Below are positions 22,763 through 37,675 of a stretch of 64,000 bases of DNA, in pieces; positions within the stretch are counted from its first letter, which is position 1; every line of letters starts with the position of its first letter. Position numbers and translations under genes: made by a program. The notes below the pieces were generated by a model. The model was not told where the DNA came from. It worked only from the letters and a program-made list of their open reading frames with translations, and made no database searches. The stretch is taken from the NCBI GenBank assembly GCA_964016885.1, contig OZ024742.1, positions 317,688,001-317,752,000 of the forward strand, written 5' to 3'. The stretch comes from Eledone cirrhosa. Its lineage: Eukaryota.

Positions 22763-24653
22763 TCATTCACCCTTCGTCTCCTGGGGACCAGGCCGCACGA
22801 TTTCCATGGGGGTGTTGGAGGGGTTGTCTGGATGGGTGGTGGTTTCCGGTGGGGTGGGGACGCAGATGTTTGGTGGGGTGGGGTCTGGTGGGATGGGGGT
22901 GTCTGGGGTGGGGAGACATTTGAGAAGGACGCGGTTGAGTGGTTTCACGCAGGAATTCCCCACATACTTCTCAAATGTTTCTTTTAGGGACCTATAAGTT
23001 TTTATAGGGACCCTAATCAGTTTTAGGTTCAGTTTTTTGCTATTTTAATAGAGTGGGCGAAAGTTTTCCCTTCGGTTTTCACCGAAGGGTCGTTCGTGAT
23101 GTTCTCCATTAGTGTTTTGTTTTCAGTGTTTATGTAAGTGTAAGTGTAATTTTCTTGTGTTGTGTTTGTTTTTGTCTGTAGTTCTTGTGTGTGCATTCGG
23201 TTTGTTGTAGGTATTTTGTTTTCAGGAGGTGGGGGTTTTGTTTGTGATGTTTTTGTTGTTTGTGTTGGTGGTTGTATGTTTGTGGTAGTGTTTGCTGGTT
23301 TTTTTGCTTTTGTGATGTCTTTTCCCTCGTCTTCACTGGGTGATGGCGAGATAGCCTCATCTGTTGTATCGTCTGTGTGATTGGGGAGGTGTATGTCTTG
23401 GGGAGCTGTTGTGTCTGTATGTGATTTTGCAGTGGTTTTAGGTGGAGTGAGGTTGGGTGGGACTGTGTTTGTTGTGGTTATTTATGTGTGTTGGTGTTGT
23501 TGTTGTGGTGGTGGTGTTGGTGGTTGTGTTGTTTAGATGGGTGTCGGCAGAAGAGCCTTTTTTTGGTTCATTAATTTAGGACAGGAAGCCCTCAAGTGAC
23601 CCCTGCTAAAGCAATGGTAACATGAAGGCCGCCTACCCTCAACCGAAAGGTTTATGTAGGTGAGTCCGCCCAGGAGTACACGCTGTGGGATCATAGCTAT
23701 TCGCTCTGGGCTCATTTGCACCAGAACTTCAATGCTAATCCCATTGAATACATCTCTGGGGGACTTGCCTACTGACAGTATTCTGTCTTCATCAAAATTG
23801 ATGAAGCCGCACAGTATCCACCATATGTTCACCTTTGGTGTGACACTCGTGATTCTGATCTTTTGTGTCCTTTTTCCCATGTATGTAGGGAAAAAGGTGT
23901 ACAGGTTGGATACAATTGGCGACACAGAGTAATTTTGGGCCGTCAATTGATCCTTCATGAGTACCGAAATACTCCCAAAAAGTTTGCTTCTTTGAATGAA
24001 TGCAATATCATTCATTGAATTTTTGAAAACCAGTTCAATTTCTTTCTGTGACAATTGGACTGGTTTTCGGGTAGAATTGGAAACTGTCCTAAAAATTATC
24101 GTTTTGAGAGCAGTTTCCTTGCGAATTTCTACCGGAGAATTGATGCTGAAAGCACCATTTTTTTCGAAACTGACATATCTCCTAGCGTCCTTTAAAAGTT
24201 GTTCAGCATTTGTTATGTCGAGATATATCAATTCCTCCTTTTTTTGAACTTTCTCTGCAAAGGAGATTGTTGGTTTCTTTGTGGAATCCGTGTTGTTGGT
24301 GTTGTCATTATTGTTGTTATTGTTGTTGTTATTCTTGTTGTCACCGATGTTGGTATTATTCGTATTTTCCTTGGTGTTGTTATTGTCTTTGATGCTGGTG
24401 TTATTGGTGTTGTCTTTATTTTTTCTTTGTTGTTGTTATCATTGTTGCTTTTATCATCATTATTGGTGTTGCTGTTATTTTTGTTGTCATTGAATTGTTT
24501 GGTGTCATTTGTGTTGTTTGGATATGAATTCGTTTTTACATTTTCATTTCGTCTTTCCATCTCTATAGTATTTAGTGAAGAAGACGTTGTTGACTTCGAG
24601 CTTTGTTGTCTTACCGCCTCTCCACCACCATTATCGTTGGACGCAGCGTTCAT
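22763..24653 (-). pseudogene. Fragmented ORF1 of copy C
   Basis: N-terminus MNAASNDNGGGEAVR resembles copy A; zinc knuckle present; KPLNRVLLK C-terminal motif. Confidence 0.8.
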
Positions 24654-24882
24654 AACGTAATCAAAATTTTACAATATTTTTTCCAAGATTCGTTGGAGAA
24701 AAATTTTTTCAAATGGATATTTCGCCCCTGTAGGGGCGAAAATGAGTTGACCCACCACCTGAAGGTTCAGACGGGGGGTCAAGTTACACAATGATATAAA
24801 ATTTAACTAAAAACTCACGTTTTTTTCTTACATAAATTAACGGAAACTTCCCCGCGAAATTACACACGTCTAATAGATAGAT

Positions 24883-26632
<1,750 letters not shown>

Positions 26633-27264
26633 ACAGTGATAGCGAAAATGGTTTGGGGAACTAGATATTGGGTAAAGTTGTAGCCAGGATGTTCTGGGAT
26701 TTCGTGGATATATATCAGGGAGGAGTAAGGTGATGTTTTCAGGAACTTTATTTTAAATAGTTTAGCGTTATATATACACACCCCACTCAGACCCCACTCA
26801 GACCCCACAGCAATACTGTAATATATGTTCATACCAACACCTTAAAAAGCAATTTATTGACTTCACATCAATGTATGAATCTAATATTCAAATCACCTGC
26901 TTTTGGTGAATAGCACAACCAAACGCTTGCGTACGTTATCTCTAAGCATTTACGAGCACGCTCATGGTTTCACAACCTATAATCACCTAGATCAAGAAAT
27001 AGCTATAATCAGTAAAGAGGTGCCAAACTTTTAACAACCAGTCCATTGAGCCATTGAAATTGTAATTACTAGTTCTTCAAAATATTGGCACATCTTTTAA
27101 CATGTTGGGGAAATGGAATGTTAGTGTACAAAATTGGTTTGAAATATTTTCATCGTCTACTTTCGTTCTTTGAATACTTTCTTTATTGTAAGTGGTTCAG
27201 TTGTTTTACAAACACACGTGTCTTACGTATATAGACATATATACTAGTGTGTCGATAGTTTATG

Positions 27265-27448
27265 CAGACCTCTCAACTCTCCTCGTCCAACGGGGAGATC
27301 TCTCACCCTCCTCAAAGTGTCTTTTCTTGTGAAAATGGGTATAGCTTTCATTATGTAAAATCTCCCTATTTTGCCTCATTTCTCCCCATTCTGGGGCACT
27401 TTTTTTCATGGTACTCCCTGTTTGGGCTTTTAGAGGTTGACAAGTCTG
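27265..27448. mobile_element. 184-bp MITE with 13-bp TIR and 7-bp TSD
   Basis: CAGACCTCTCAAC ... GTTGACAAGTCTG; GTTTATG duplicated at 27258-27264 and 27449-27455. Confidence 0.65.
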
Positions 27449-28899
27449 GTTTATGTCCCGCTTGCAGCGATAAATATATTCGGAATCACGTTTAAAATCA
27501 TCTATACAGCAAATCGATGGATATCAAGACAAGATAGTTTTACATTATAAAAAGAAATACAGATTATATTTTTACTTTAAGAATAGCAAGTCAATGATAT
27601 AAATAAACTATTGAAGAACATATTGTTCAGTTATAGTAATGAAAATATTTTCAAATGCTTCCCCACCACCACTTTTCTCATATTTGCCATTACGCCAATC
27701 CCACTTAATTTTTATTTTAAGTAACCGTCAAATAGCTCTTCTGATGTACTATTCATCCGTTGTAATTTTTTATTGACATGAAACCAAAAAGACTTAATAC
27801 TTTGTGTTTGTGCATAAGAGTTAGCAAATTGTGTTGAAATGTTTACTTTGGTTCACAAAATAGTCATGTGCATATGATAGTTAATATATATGTTTCTATT
27901 ATTGGCAAAATTGGTCGGATAACATGTCATTGCGTAATATATTCTGGCTCTTTGTATTCTAAGATCAGATTCTGCCGATGACAACGTTGCTTTTCATCCA
28001 CCCACCAACCGGTTCACTATAACAAAGTACTAGTTAAATGCTAGGGTTGGAATACTGAAGACACTTCCCATAGATAAAGCAACACCAATAGTAAGATGGT
28101 GCATCAGCCATGCAATGTCAAAAATGGAAAATAAGTATATCGTCTCATAGATATGATGATCTAAATCAGCCTTACACCCGTAAGATGAGGAATCTTTCAC
28201 GGAAATTCCTAATACTCTCTTCTGTTTAGCCTTTTTAAACTAATCTGCTAAAAGAAATCCCCAATTGTTATAAATACTTTCGATAAATTATAAATGACCT
28301 GCTCTATAAGGACAACTCAACACTATTTATATGGGAGAACATCTAGCAGAAAATTGTTCATAAATTCAGTCAAGGAATAAAACTAAGTATGGGATTAGAC
28401 AAAATAAATATAAGAAGAGGCAAATTAACAAACATTAAGAACATTAACTTATATACGAACACTAAAACCAGATAATTAGACATGATTTGTCCGTACAATT
28501 ACTTAGAAGTGGGTAAACCGATACAACACAAATATAGGGGTGGGGAATATAAAAATACATCACAAAAGATTGAGAATAATATTGATAACTGGGCCCAATA
28601 TTAGAAATTAGATAACAGGTATAAATACACGTCATTCCAGTTAGAAACTAGATTTTTAACCTAATAAACTGAGATGAGAATTGATGGAAGAGTTTAAAGC
28701 AAATATTCAGGAAACTACTAGTTATGAATCCATCAATCCGAACCTCTTTAGGGTATTATGTTGCTATTCCGCACATGGGTGAGTCATTCTGATACAGTTA
28801 GAAGCAATCGAAGAAAAACTAGTTCGAGAAATAAGAAAAAATAAAGAAAATGTCTATATATAAAAGGAAAGAAGAATCTACAAACTAGAAGTTAACCAC

Positions 28900-29420
28900 A
28901 TTAAATAAAGGATAAAGGAAAAGAACAGAAAATGTCAAAATAACACGATCACATTGAAACAGGATCTAAAATTTACTACAGAAAATATGAATAGAAACTT
29001 TCCTCTCTTGGCCAATATATTGCAATACTCGATAACGAAGTAAGCCTAAGCGTAAGCCAAAAATAGTTCGAAAGATTTGGGCTAAAAGCAGAAACAGATT
29101 TGATTTTAGCTGCACAGGATCAATGCCAAGACACAAATAACTATAAAAGCAAAACAATGAAACAAGAGGTTAACATCAACTACAGACTAAATAGTCAATA
29201 CAATGAGACAATTGACCACATTTCTGGCTGTCCTAGTCTTTGCCAAGTCCCTTGCCAATCACCACACGACAAAATAATTCACATGTCCCATAATCTACAT
29301 AAAAATACGAAATAATGGAATAACAGCAAAAACAAAACAAAATCCCACTACGATGTAACATTTATGTTGCATACAAATACAATCCTATATACATAAAAGA
29401 CAATAGAAATCTGATATATA
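28900..29420 (+). pseudogene. Degenerate R4/Dong-like non-LTR fragment
   Basis: ILAAQDQ..NNY..ETIDHISGCPSL..HDKI. Confidence 0.5.
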
Positions 29421-29461
29421 CCAGAATGTTCAACAGAAACTTGCATGATAAATAAAATAAT

Positions 29462-29680
29462 AATGTTTTCTACTATAGACACAAGGCTAGCAATTTGGGG
29501 AGAGGGGAAAGTCGATTAAATCGACCCAGTGCGTTACTGGTACTTTATTTTATCCACCCTGTAAAGATGAAAGGCAAAGCTAACCTCGGCGGAATTTGAA
29601 CTCAGAACGCAAATGGCCGTAACTCCATGCTGCAAAGCATGGCCTCAGACCCTCTAACAATACTGCCAATACCCCGCCCT
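29462..29680 (-). mobile_element. SINE (long subtype)
   Basis: Same family, with an extra GGGGAGAGGGGAAAGTCGATTAAATCGAC segment. Confidence 0.75.
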
Positions 29681-29709
29681 CCATCGCCCTATTATAATAA
29701 TAATAATAA

Positions 29710-30060
29710 CGATTTCTTTATTGGGCACTGGGACAGAAACACTAGGAATAATAAAAACGGTGGAAATTTACATAAAAGCGGGAGAAAAAACTGAAGGATC
29801 AATAAATATATAACAAACTCCCTAATAGGGAGGATCACTCCACCCCAACCCCAGGAGCATCCAAGGAACCGCAGAGATGCTGAATACAGCGCATCTCCCT
29901 TACCATCCTCCGGGGAAACGCCTTCTCCATTCTGTCCGCCGGGGCCCTGGGGAGACCAACACGTGGGACCCCATTTGCTCACCATACAGAGAGATGGGGG
30001 GGGGGCGAGATAGATAAAGGCGATGACAGTGGGAGTTCGGCTCTTCCACGTTCGGACCAT
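29710..30060 (-). mobile_element. Possible 3' end of a related Tx1/L1-like family abutting (TAA)n
   Basis: TTTCTTTATTGG.CAC..GGGACA..TTTACAT..CCTAATAGGGAGG blocks in the same order as the 3' UTR of copies A-F; right boundary uncertain. Confidence 0.42.
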
Positions 30061-30099
30061 ATCCTTGTGGTTTTCTTCATTATCTATAGTTTCCGTGTC

Positions 30100-30630
30100 T
30101 ATACTACAATACCACTGGATCAACTTAATCATCATGGATACCATAAGCAAGTGTTCCTCTTTCATCCATTCTTTCCAACTTCAGCTAATCTCTATATTTA
30201 GCTCTTTATATTTGAATCATTTCTCCATAGTTTGGGGAAATATATTATTGCCTATTTGGAATTATACTTCGATCAGTAGGCGCTTCCTTTCCGAGTGGTT
30301 CTAGACAACAGTATTTGGTCGATTTTTATGATCTTTTTATCCGTTTGTATTTTCATGTTCCAGAGTATGTTCGCTTTGTCATTCGCTAGTGTAAATTCAT
30401 ACTACTTCTTTCCTGTAAGTATTTCAAAATGTTGGCGTAACTACCAGCATATGAAATCCACCATGGCAAACTAGAAACAATATGCTTAACTTTTTCACAA
30501 CATACATTTTGCAGTTAATGTATTCTACTTCATCATATGCTTTTATTAGTCGTTGGTGGGAAGTTTTTGATCCTCTGCTGCAATAAGAAACCTCAACCTT
30601 CCATTATACTACTCTCAGCCAGTGCTGCTT
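30100..30630 (-). pseudogene. Degenerate R4/Dong-like non-LTR fragment
   Basis: Minus-strand FLIAAEDQKLPT and NDKANILWNMKIQTDK. Confidence 0.5.
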
Positions 30631-31155
30631 TTTGTTTTGTTTTGTTCTTATTTTTATCGATTTTTGTACATGTTCGATATTTTTTATGTATTATGTAAGG
30701 GCGTTTCTTACCCGCGCTTTGGCATGGGATTGTGTAAACCCCATTTTTGGCATAGTGTTTAGCTTTTTCACAATTTCTGTGGTGTGTCCTTTCTCCTCAT
30801 AACAATTTACCCTTTCAGCCTTTTTTTTTATTTTTTGTATTCCTTGAAAACAAAAGAATTTTTGTCGTTTAATATTGTCTGATAGTATTCTCCAGTTTTC
30901 CATTATTCTTTACGAGATACCTTTATAATCCTACAATAAATATTTTATAATAGATTTCTAGTTATATCAGGCGCCCTCTCTGTATAAATATTATCTTTCT
31001 ATGTCAGGATTTTTTTTGTGTGTTCTAAATGTAATCATTATATTTGTTGTTAATCTGTTAATTAGTTCAGCGTCTAATTGAGAGCATAACTTTAACTTAT
31101 TACAGAGACAGCCACCGTATTGATTTCTATTATCTTACTTCTCCTCTAGTTTTAT

Positions 31156-31207
31156 TTTCTGTATTAATCTGTCAACTGTAGTAAAAGTTGACAGATTAAT
31201 ACAGAAA
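31156..31207. repeat. Perfect 22-bp inverted repeat with 8-nt loop
   Basis: TTTCTGTATTAATCTGTCAACT / AGTTGACAGATTAATACAGAAA. Confidence 0.8.
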
Positions 31208-31982
31208 TAATAAATAATAAATGTTAAATAGAAATCTCCAAATTAGTAGTTCCATTGTAGAACTGTAAATATTCATTCCGAAACATATGCATTGTCAAAT
31301 ATTTGCTTTCTTTGTGGTAATAATTACATCTGAATAAACCAGAATATTTACAAACTATTTAAATCAGTTTTCGACAAACTGCTGGAGCTAAATCTATTTT
31401 AAAATACATAATCAAATGCCTTCACGGTAGAAATTAAATTTTCCCTTGGGTTTTTAAATATATACATATTAACAATCAGAACAAATAATTATTTTTATTT
31501 TCAACACGTATGTAAACGTGAAAAGAAACATTTGAGCGCGTAAAAGCTGGCGGTATATATCGTTTGTATAGTGTCACAAACAGGAGAGAAAACCGAAGCA
31601 TTTAATCAAAGAACAAAAATAATGCTGTATATGTCTGAAAGCGAACATACATTTTATAATGAAAATTAGATATGAGGTGGAGTCAGTTGTTTTTGTCACG
31701 TCTTAGTGTTATTTTCAGTACTTCGATACCCTACAATATTATGAAAGAGATGATAACCGTGTAGAAGTGTGAAATTAAGTTGAGAAACGCAGAAAGACAT
31801 TTTTTCACCATAAAGTAGATTGTTAAGTCAATATCTCAGAAAATGTGGTTTTTAAGGATTAGAGTTCTTGAAGGTTGATGTGTTCCTTCAGACATCTTTT
31901 CGTAGCTCCTGTGCGGAATCTTATCTTTGATCGAGAGTTCATGATCATGATTGTAATGTTGATGATGATGATGTTGGTGTAA

Positions 31983-32460
31983 CTCTCTCTCTCTCACTCC
32001 CTCTTCCGCTCTCCCTCTCTCTCTCTCTCCTTCTCTCCATCTCTCCATCTCTCCTTCTCTCCCTCTCTACTTCTCCCCTCTCTCCTTCTTTCCTTCTCTC
32101 CATCTCTCCATCTCTCCTTCTCCCCCTCTCTACTTCTCCTCCTCTCTTCTTCTTTCCTTCTCTCCCTCACTCCTTCTATTCCTCTCTTCTTCTCTCCCTC
32201 TCACAATCTCTCCATCTCTCCATCTCTCCTCTCTTTATCTCCTTCTATCTCTCTCTCCTTTTCTCCCTCTCTCCTTCTCTCCCACTCTCCTTCTCTCCCC
32301 TTCTCTTTCTCTCCCTCACTTCCACTCTCACCTCTCTCCTTCACTCCCTCTCCTCTCCCTCTCTCCTTCTCTCCCTATTTCCTTCTCTCACTCTCTCCCT
32401 CTCTCTTTCTCTCCCTCTCTCCCACTCTCTTCTCTCTCCTTCTTTCCCTCTCCCTCTCTC
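31983..32460. repeat. Degenerate (CT)n polypyrimidine tract
   Basis: ~480 bp almost entirely C/T. Confidence 0.9.
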
Positions 32461-32899
32461 TTTTACAGTGGAAAAAATTGGCTATAATCAAACCGAGGTG
32501 GTGCCTCTAAGACTGTTATGAGATCAGAAACCAGTGGTCAGTGAAAAGCAACTACCACTATACAATTCAGTATATACCTGTTAGCTACGCAAACAGTCCC
32601 TCCATACTAAAATAGTTCCAATAAATAACAGGATACACTAAACAAATCAAGATATATGTAAGAAAAGGGTAAGCAGTAATACAAAATGAAAACATGGAAA
32701 CGTTATTAAGATATTATAGAGTAAAATGCCGGTCTACGCTGCCAGATCAACAAATTCGATTGCGTGGTTTGCTTTTTGTTAATGTAACTTATCAAGAACA
32801 GACCAAATACATGTTAAGATGCAATGCGGCTTCATACAAAGTATTGCTTGTAGCTAATCGTAAGAATTGTATAAATCAAAATATAAAACTGTTAGGTGA

Positions 32900-33440
32900 A
32901 AGACTTCTATATACACCTCAATATAATCTATACAAAGTAACATCCAGGAAATTCCTGGTAATCGATGTAATCCTTACCGTTCTTCTGTTGTTCGTCATCT
33001 TTATATGCATGTAAGTACGGTTCCCTTGACTGTGTTAATTGGACGAATAGGTCACTTCAGAAGCTCTCTACATTCCAGAACCACATCATGAGACTTGTGA
33101 CTGGCAAGCAGCTCAGCAACCGTATCTGTATCAGTGAGCTACTCAACATTACCAAACTTAGACCAATTACATCAATTGTCAAGTCAAGATTACTCAAACT
33201 ATACGGTCATATAAAAAGATCAACTCGTGGTGTGAGTAGGTTATACCTGAAAGGAAGGTTGGCTGGTAAGAGAAGCAAAAGCCGGCAGCCAAAACGATGG
33301 CTTGATAATGTCAACTTATGGACTGGACTTGATCTTTGCTCTTTGAACTATGCGGCTGGTGATCGAACTTTGTGGAGAGAGATATCACATGTTAATGCGC
33401 AGTCTGCAACTAGCGGAGTTTAGCGAAAAAGAGAAGAGAA
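32900..33440 (+). pseudogene. LINE (RTE-like) C-terminal fragment
   Basis: RLLKLYGHIKR..GKRSKSRQPKRWLDNV..DRTLWR. Confidence 0.6.
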
Positions 33441-33529
33441 GTATGGACCCGCTCCTTTTGGCGGAGTTGGAGAGATACCGGTGACATACGATATCTCTAA
33501 GGTATTTTAAACCTGATGGAGCACACCCT

Positions 33530-34150
33530 TTGTCCAGATCGGAATACAGTCTATTTCTTTCAGAGAGTTAGAAAGCGAAGGAGAAAGTCGGAAAGAGATA
33601 TAGAAGAAGAACCGGCACCACTATTTGTCTGGAAGTTTTTTTTTATCCACGTCGAAAGGATGAAATTTAAAGTTGATCGCGGTGGGATTTGAACTCATAG
33701 AACGCAAAGATCCCCAACGAAAGCTGCAAACACACAGTCCAACACTCTAGCGGCTCTGATAATTCACCGCCTCCATGTTTATTTAGAGCCGGTAAAAGGC
33801 GACAATGAGGACTAATACATTATCATCTCTATGAGAAATTGGTCGGAACTGATGATGATGAGCTCTCAATCAGTTTCGACGATGATAATTCAGTTGTTCG
33901 ATCAATTGTGCGCCCAGCTTGTGAATTAATCTGTAAGTGGTTGAGTTCTCCATAGACACGCATACCTTTAAGTAGTTTTAAGCCGTATCAGCGTAACACA
34001 TGTGACAAAGTTAAACCATTAGATTACAGTAACAATCATTCCTTACAGCTTCCGTCTACTAAATTTAACTCATAATTCTTAGGCCAATCCGAGTCTATGG
34101 TAAAGACACTTACCCAAGATGCCCCGCAGTAGAATTGACCTCGAGACCTC
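33530..34150 (-). mobile_element. Cluster of older SINE copies
   Basis: 33620-33772 is a divergent CORE SINE; 33880-34150 is a second SINE type (AAGACACTTACCCAAGATGCCCCGCAGT). Confidence 0.5.
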
Positions 34151-34745
34151 CAGTGAAATTATTTAGAAAAAGATTGGGAAATGGTAAAAACTACACTTAA
34201 TTTCCTAACTTGAATTATTACATAATTATGATAAATATCATATAACATTTTGTAAATGAAACGTAAATATGAAATCTTGTTATAATGGTTTTGAATGAAT
34301 GAAAACGAGACTAAATAATATTTAGATAATAATACAAAAACCGTATTTATTGATGTTTAATATTTGAAATATATTAAATTATTTTCAATTAACTATTTAA
34401 ATAGTAATCAACATATATTATTGCAGAATAAAACAATCAAATATAAATTACAATAAAGTATGGTCTCCTGACAGTTCATGATTTAAAAAGAAGACACAGT
34501 TAACAATTTTATAAAGTCTTATTAATGTTACGCATGTTGGAACAAAGAAAGAGAATATATCAACGCACGCACACATACAATCGTCAGGTTGTGAGTTCGA
34601 TTCTCGCATCGGGTGATGCGTTATGTCCTTGAACAAGACACTTTATTTCACCTTGCTCCTTCTGCCTGGAGTTGCAACCGATAGATAGTATTAGCAATTG
34701 GAAAGACAAATGGAAATATCGTTTCCTCGGTCGAATTTGACGAAG

Positions 34746-34875
34746 GTCGATCGACAGTCGATATATATATATGTGTGTGTGTGAGTGTGTGTGTGCGCGC
34801 GCGTTGATATATATATATATATCAACGCACACACACATACAGACACACATATATATATATCGACTGTCGATCGAC
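34746..34875. repeat. Microsatellite-containing palindrome
   Basis: GTCGATCGACAGTCG-(TA)(TG)-GCGTTG-(TA)n-CAACGC-(CA)(TA)-CGACTGTCGATCGAC. Confidence 0.7.
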
Positions 34876-34901
34876 ATATATATATACATATATATATATA
34901 T

Positions 34902-35097
34902 AACAAAGAAAGTGTGGTAAGATACCAGATGGACTATAACGCACCAGAGTACTCGATACTTAGGGTAGTAGAGTGGGTAATAGGAAAAAAAGTCAGGACC
35001 CCGACGGCTGAGTTCCGACCGTTTCGACAGCTAGATGCGAACTGTTCGGATCTAGCTATCGAAACGGCCGGAGCTCAGCTGTCGGGGTCCTGACTCT

Positions 35098-35101
<4 letters not shown>
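34902..35101. mobile_element. Short palindrome (34984-35101) plus asymmetric tail, in (TA)n
   Basis: ~58-bp arms with essentially no loop; GAAA-CGGCCG (hammerhead 3' half); GAGTACTC in the tail. Confidence 0.6.
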
Positions 35102-35143
<42 letters not shown>

Positions 35144-36911
35144 GAATAAAGCACAAAATGGAAAATTTCCCATAAATATTTGAAATTTTAAGAATGCCTT
35201 TTATTTAAATATTTTTTTATATTTTTCTAGTCATGCACGTTATTTTTATTTATTTTCTCCTATACTCCTTATAATTTCCTCGAACCCTTCCACTTAGCTC
35301 TTCTTTCCGCCTGGACTGGGGCATTATCTTCTATTTTTGCTCGGTAATTCTTACTTTTCCGTCCCATTTGTAGCCCAGGCGCCTAGAATTTTCCCACTAT
35401 CTCTCTTGCAACCTTCTCACCCCTTACATGACTTTTCTTCTACACCTTAATTATTTAATACATTACTACAAAAGGATAATAAGTTTCTCTCTTCCTCACT
35501 CTCAGATAAATGGCAAGACACCCGAAACGATAGGTTCTTCACTTCTAGGAAATTTTGGTAAATATTCAATAATGTATTTGATATCCAGTTTGTTTAGTTC
35601 ACAATGACAACAGTTTTAACACAGGCAACCTATCAAGTCACAGTGCACATTCAGTAGCAAGATATCTCGCTTGGGAGATATGGATATCATACTGTCAAGG
35701 TTCATATGCGACGAGCTACTACGATTCCAGATATTTATGCGTGTTACACTCTGAAGGTGTGTTTTTTTTTTGCTTTTTTTTTGGGGGGGGGGGGTTACTG
35801 TTTTGTATTGGTCTTTTCTTGGTGGGGGGTTGCATTATCTTTCTAACACAGATATTATTCCTCGGTGATGTAGCATGCAACCACTGCTCATTTGTCTGGT
35901 CCTGTTAGATTTACAAAACAACTAATCATGTTCTCAACATATATCATTCATAATATAGATAAACGAGCCATTGTTTGATCGAAATATTTAGAAGAAGAAG
36001 AAGAAGTTTAGCCATAAATATAATAGAGAATTGGAAACAGAGAGGTAAAGAACATGAAATGGGTATACATATTTATATATTTAATCAATTTAAACGTCAG
36101 TTTAGAGTTAGTAATAGTAAGCCATGACAGACTAGGGATGGTGTCTAGTACCGCCTACAGTTAAGAAACAAAACAAGATAGCCAAGGTGATAAAGAAGGA
36201 AGTTCAGCGGAATGCCAAAACAAGCATTAAAAAATAAAATAAATAAAATATAGAAAACAATGGAAGCTGCAAAACAACTATAAGTTTCTGCTGTCGAATC
36301 TTCACGTAACATAAAAAGTACGGATAAGGAATAAGGGGGAAAATGGGGGCGTTGGGAATGGCAGAGAGAGATGTAAACAAAGTGAGCAAAAGGAATTAGG
36401 AGAAAAAAGACAAGAGATGAGGCAACGTTCTTTGAATCGGTGCGAAATTTTGAAGAGGATGATAGAGAGAAAAGAATAGAGATATGGTAAACGTACTAGA
36501 GTAAGAAGAAAGAGAGTTGGTGATAGTAAGAAAATGAGAATGAAGAGAGGATATATTAAGTGAAAGAGAGCGTGACAAAGAGAATGGGGAAAGACAAAGG
36601 TGGTGGGAGGAGAATAGTGAATGTATAAGAAAGAAATTAAATATAAAGTGTGAATGCTATGGAATCAGGGAGGGACAAAAATTAAAGTAAAGGTGGAGAA
36701 AGTAGATTAAGAATGATAAAGTGAAGAGTGTGAAAAATTGTGAAGAAATTGTGAAAATTGTTTATAATTGTATGGAATGATATTAATACTGAAAGTGAAA
36801 ATATGATTGTGATAAAATATAAAAATAAAGGGAAATTGACAACGTGAAGAAGAGACATGCAAAGATACATAAATATATACATACATACATATATATATAC
36901 ATACAATATAT

Positions 36912-37518
36912 GGTGGCTGCCAACTCGTTTTCGAGTACGGCCACTACTTTATATCCATGTAGGAGAACCCCTACCGATGCGCTGAATGAGTGTGACTTTT
37001 TAGTCCAGCCAGCGACTTGAAAACTCTGGTACAAACACTACACTTGTGACAATTACTGACACATAGTGCTGGGCCCATGGTACCATGTGACGACAAGTGC
37101 AGAGAGATCTCCAGATATAAAGCAATGCCTGTGTCGTGAAGCTTTTATAGTGAGCAAAGGCACTGCACAAAGCCAGTCCCACTCTCTTAACCAAGATGAT
37201 ATTTACCAAAAAGAAGAACAAGTCAACATCATTGGATACCATCAGGGTTGCAGCTGTTATATCAGAGTTTTCCTTCTCCTAGAATTCTGCCTTGACAAAG
37301 GCTAAGGGGTCATCTCTCCCGGTGATTTTGGATGGCCATTGACTCTTAAGAGCTCCTTTGCCCTTTGACAGGTTTTGTTTTTAGTCCTGCAGGATGTCCA
37401 AAGTCACCCTCCTCAGCAAGAAACCTTGGTGGGGTTGCCAGTTTAGTCGCCAACAACCCGACCATGGGACAGGTTGTACTGGGATACATGTTACCAGTAG
37501 CACCAACTGGTGACCTGA
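36912..37518 (-). mobile_element. Non-autonomous RTE-derived element (~610 bp), copy 1, in (TACA)n
   Basis: The 3' part encodes an RTE-like C-terminal C2H2 finger (C..C.RVFKSLAGLKSH); the 5' part resembles an RTE 5' UTR; microsatellite on both sides; near-identical copy at 38366. Confidence 0.7.
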
Positions 37519-37545
37519 CATACATATATACATACATATATACAG

Positions 37546-37610
<65 letters not shown>

Positions 37611-37675
37611 CATAAATATATACATATATACATATGCATACATACATACTATCATATATACATATATACATATAT

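Larger units (their letters stand above)
19062..24872 (-). mobile_element. Full-length Tx1-like retrotransposon, copy C (multiple frameshifts)
   Basis: ORF1 pieces 24228-24653, 23533-24231 (CYHCFSRGHLRASC), 22763-22963; ORF2 pieces from 22729 down to 19301; flanked by (GATA)n at 19033-19061 and ~24873-24887. Confidence 0.9.

Noticed and set aside
7637-24660. Recurrent plus-strand ORFs antisense to the LINE ORFs
   Set aside because: Shadow ORFs of GC-rich coding sequence; recurrence reflects the repeated element, and lengths and starts vary.
26633-26820. TACAGT...ACTGTA-bounded Tc1-like MITE
   Set aside because: Terminal match is only ~6 bp; insufficient support.
29692-30165. 157-aa ORF
   Set aside because: Spans unrelated repeat fragments; no coherent domain.
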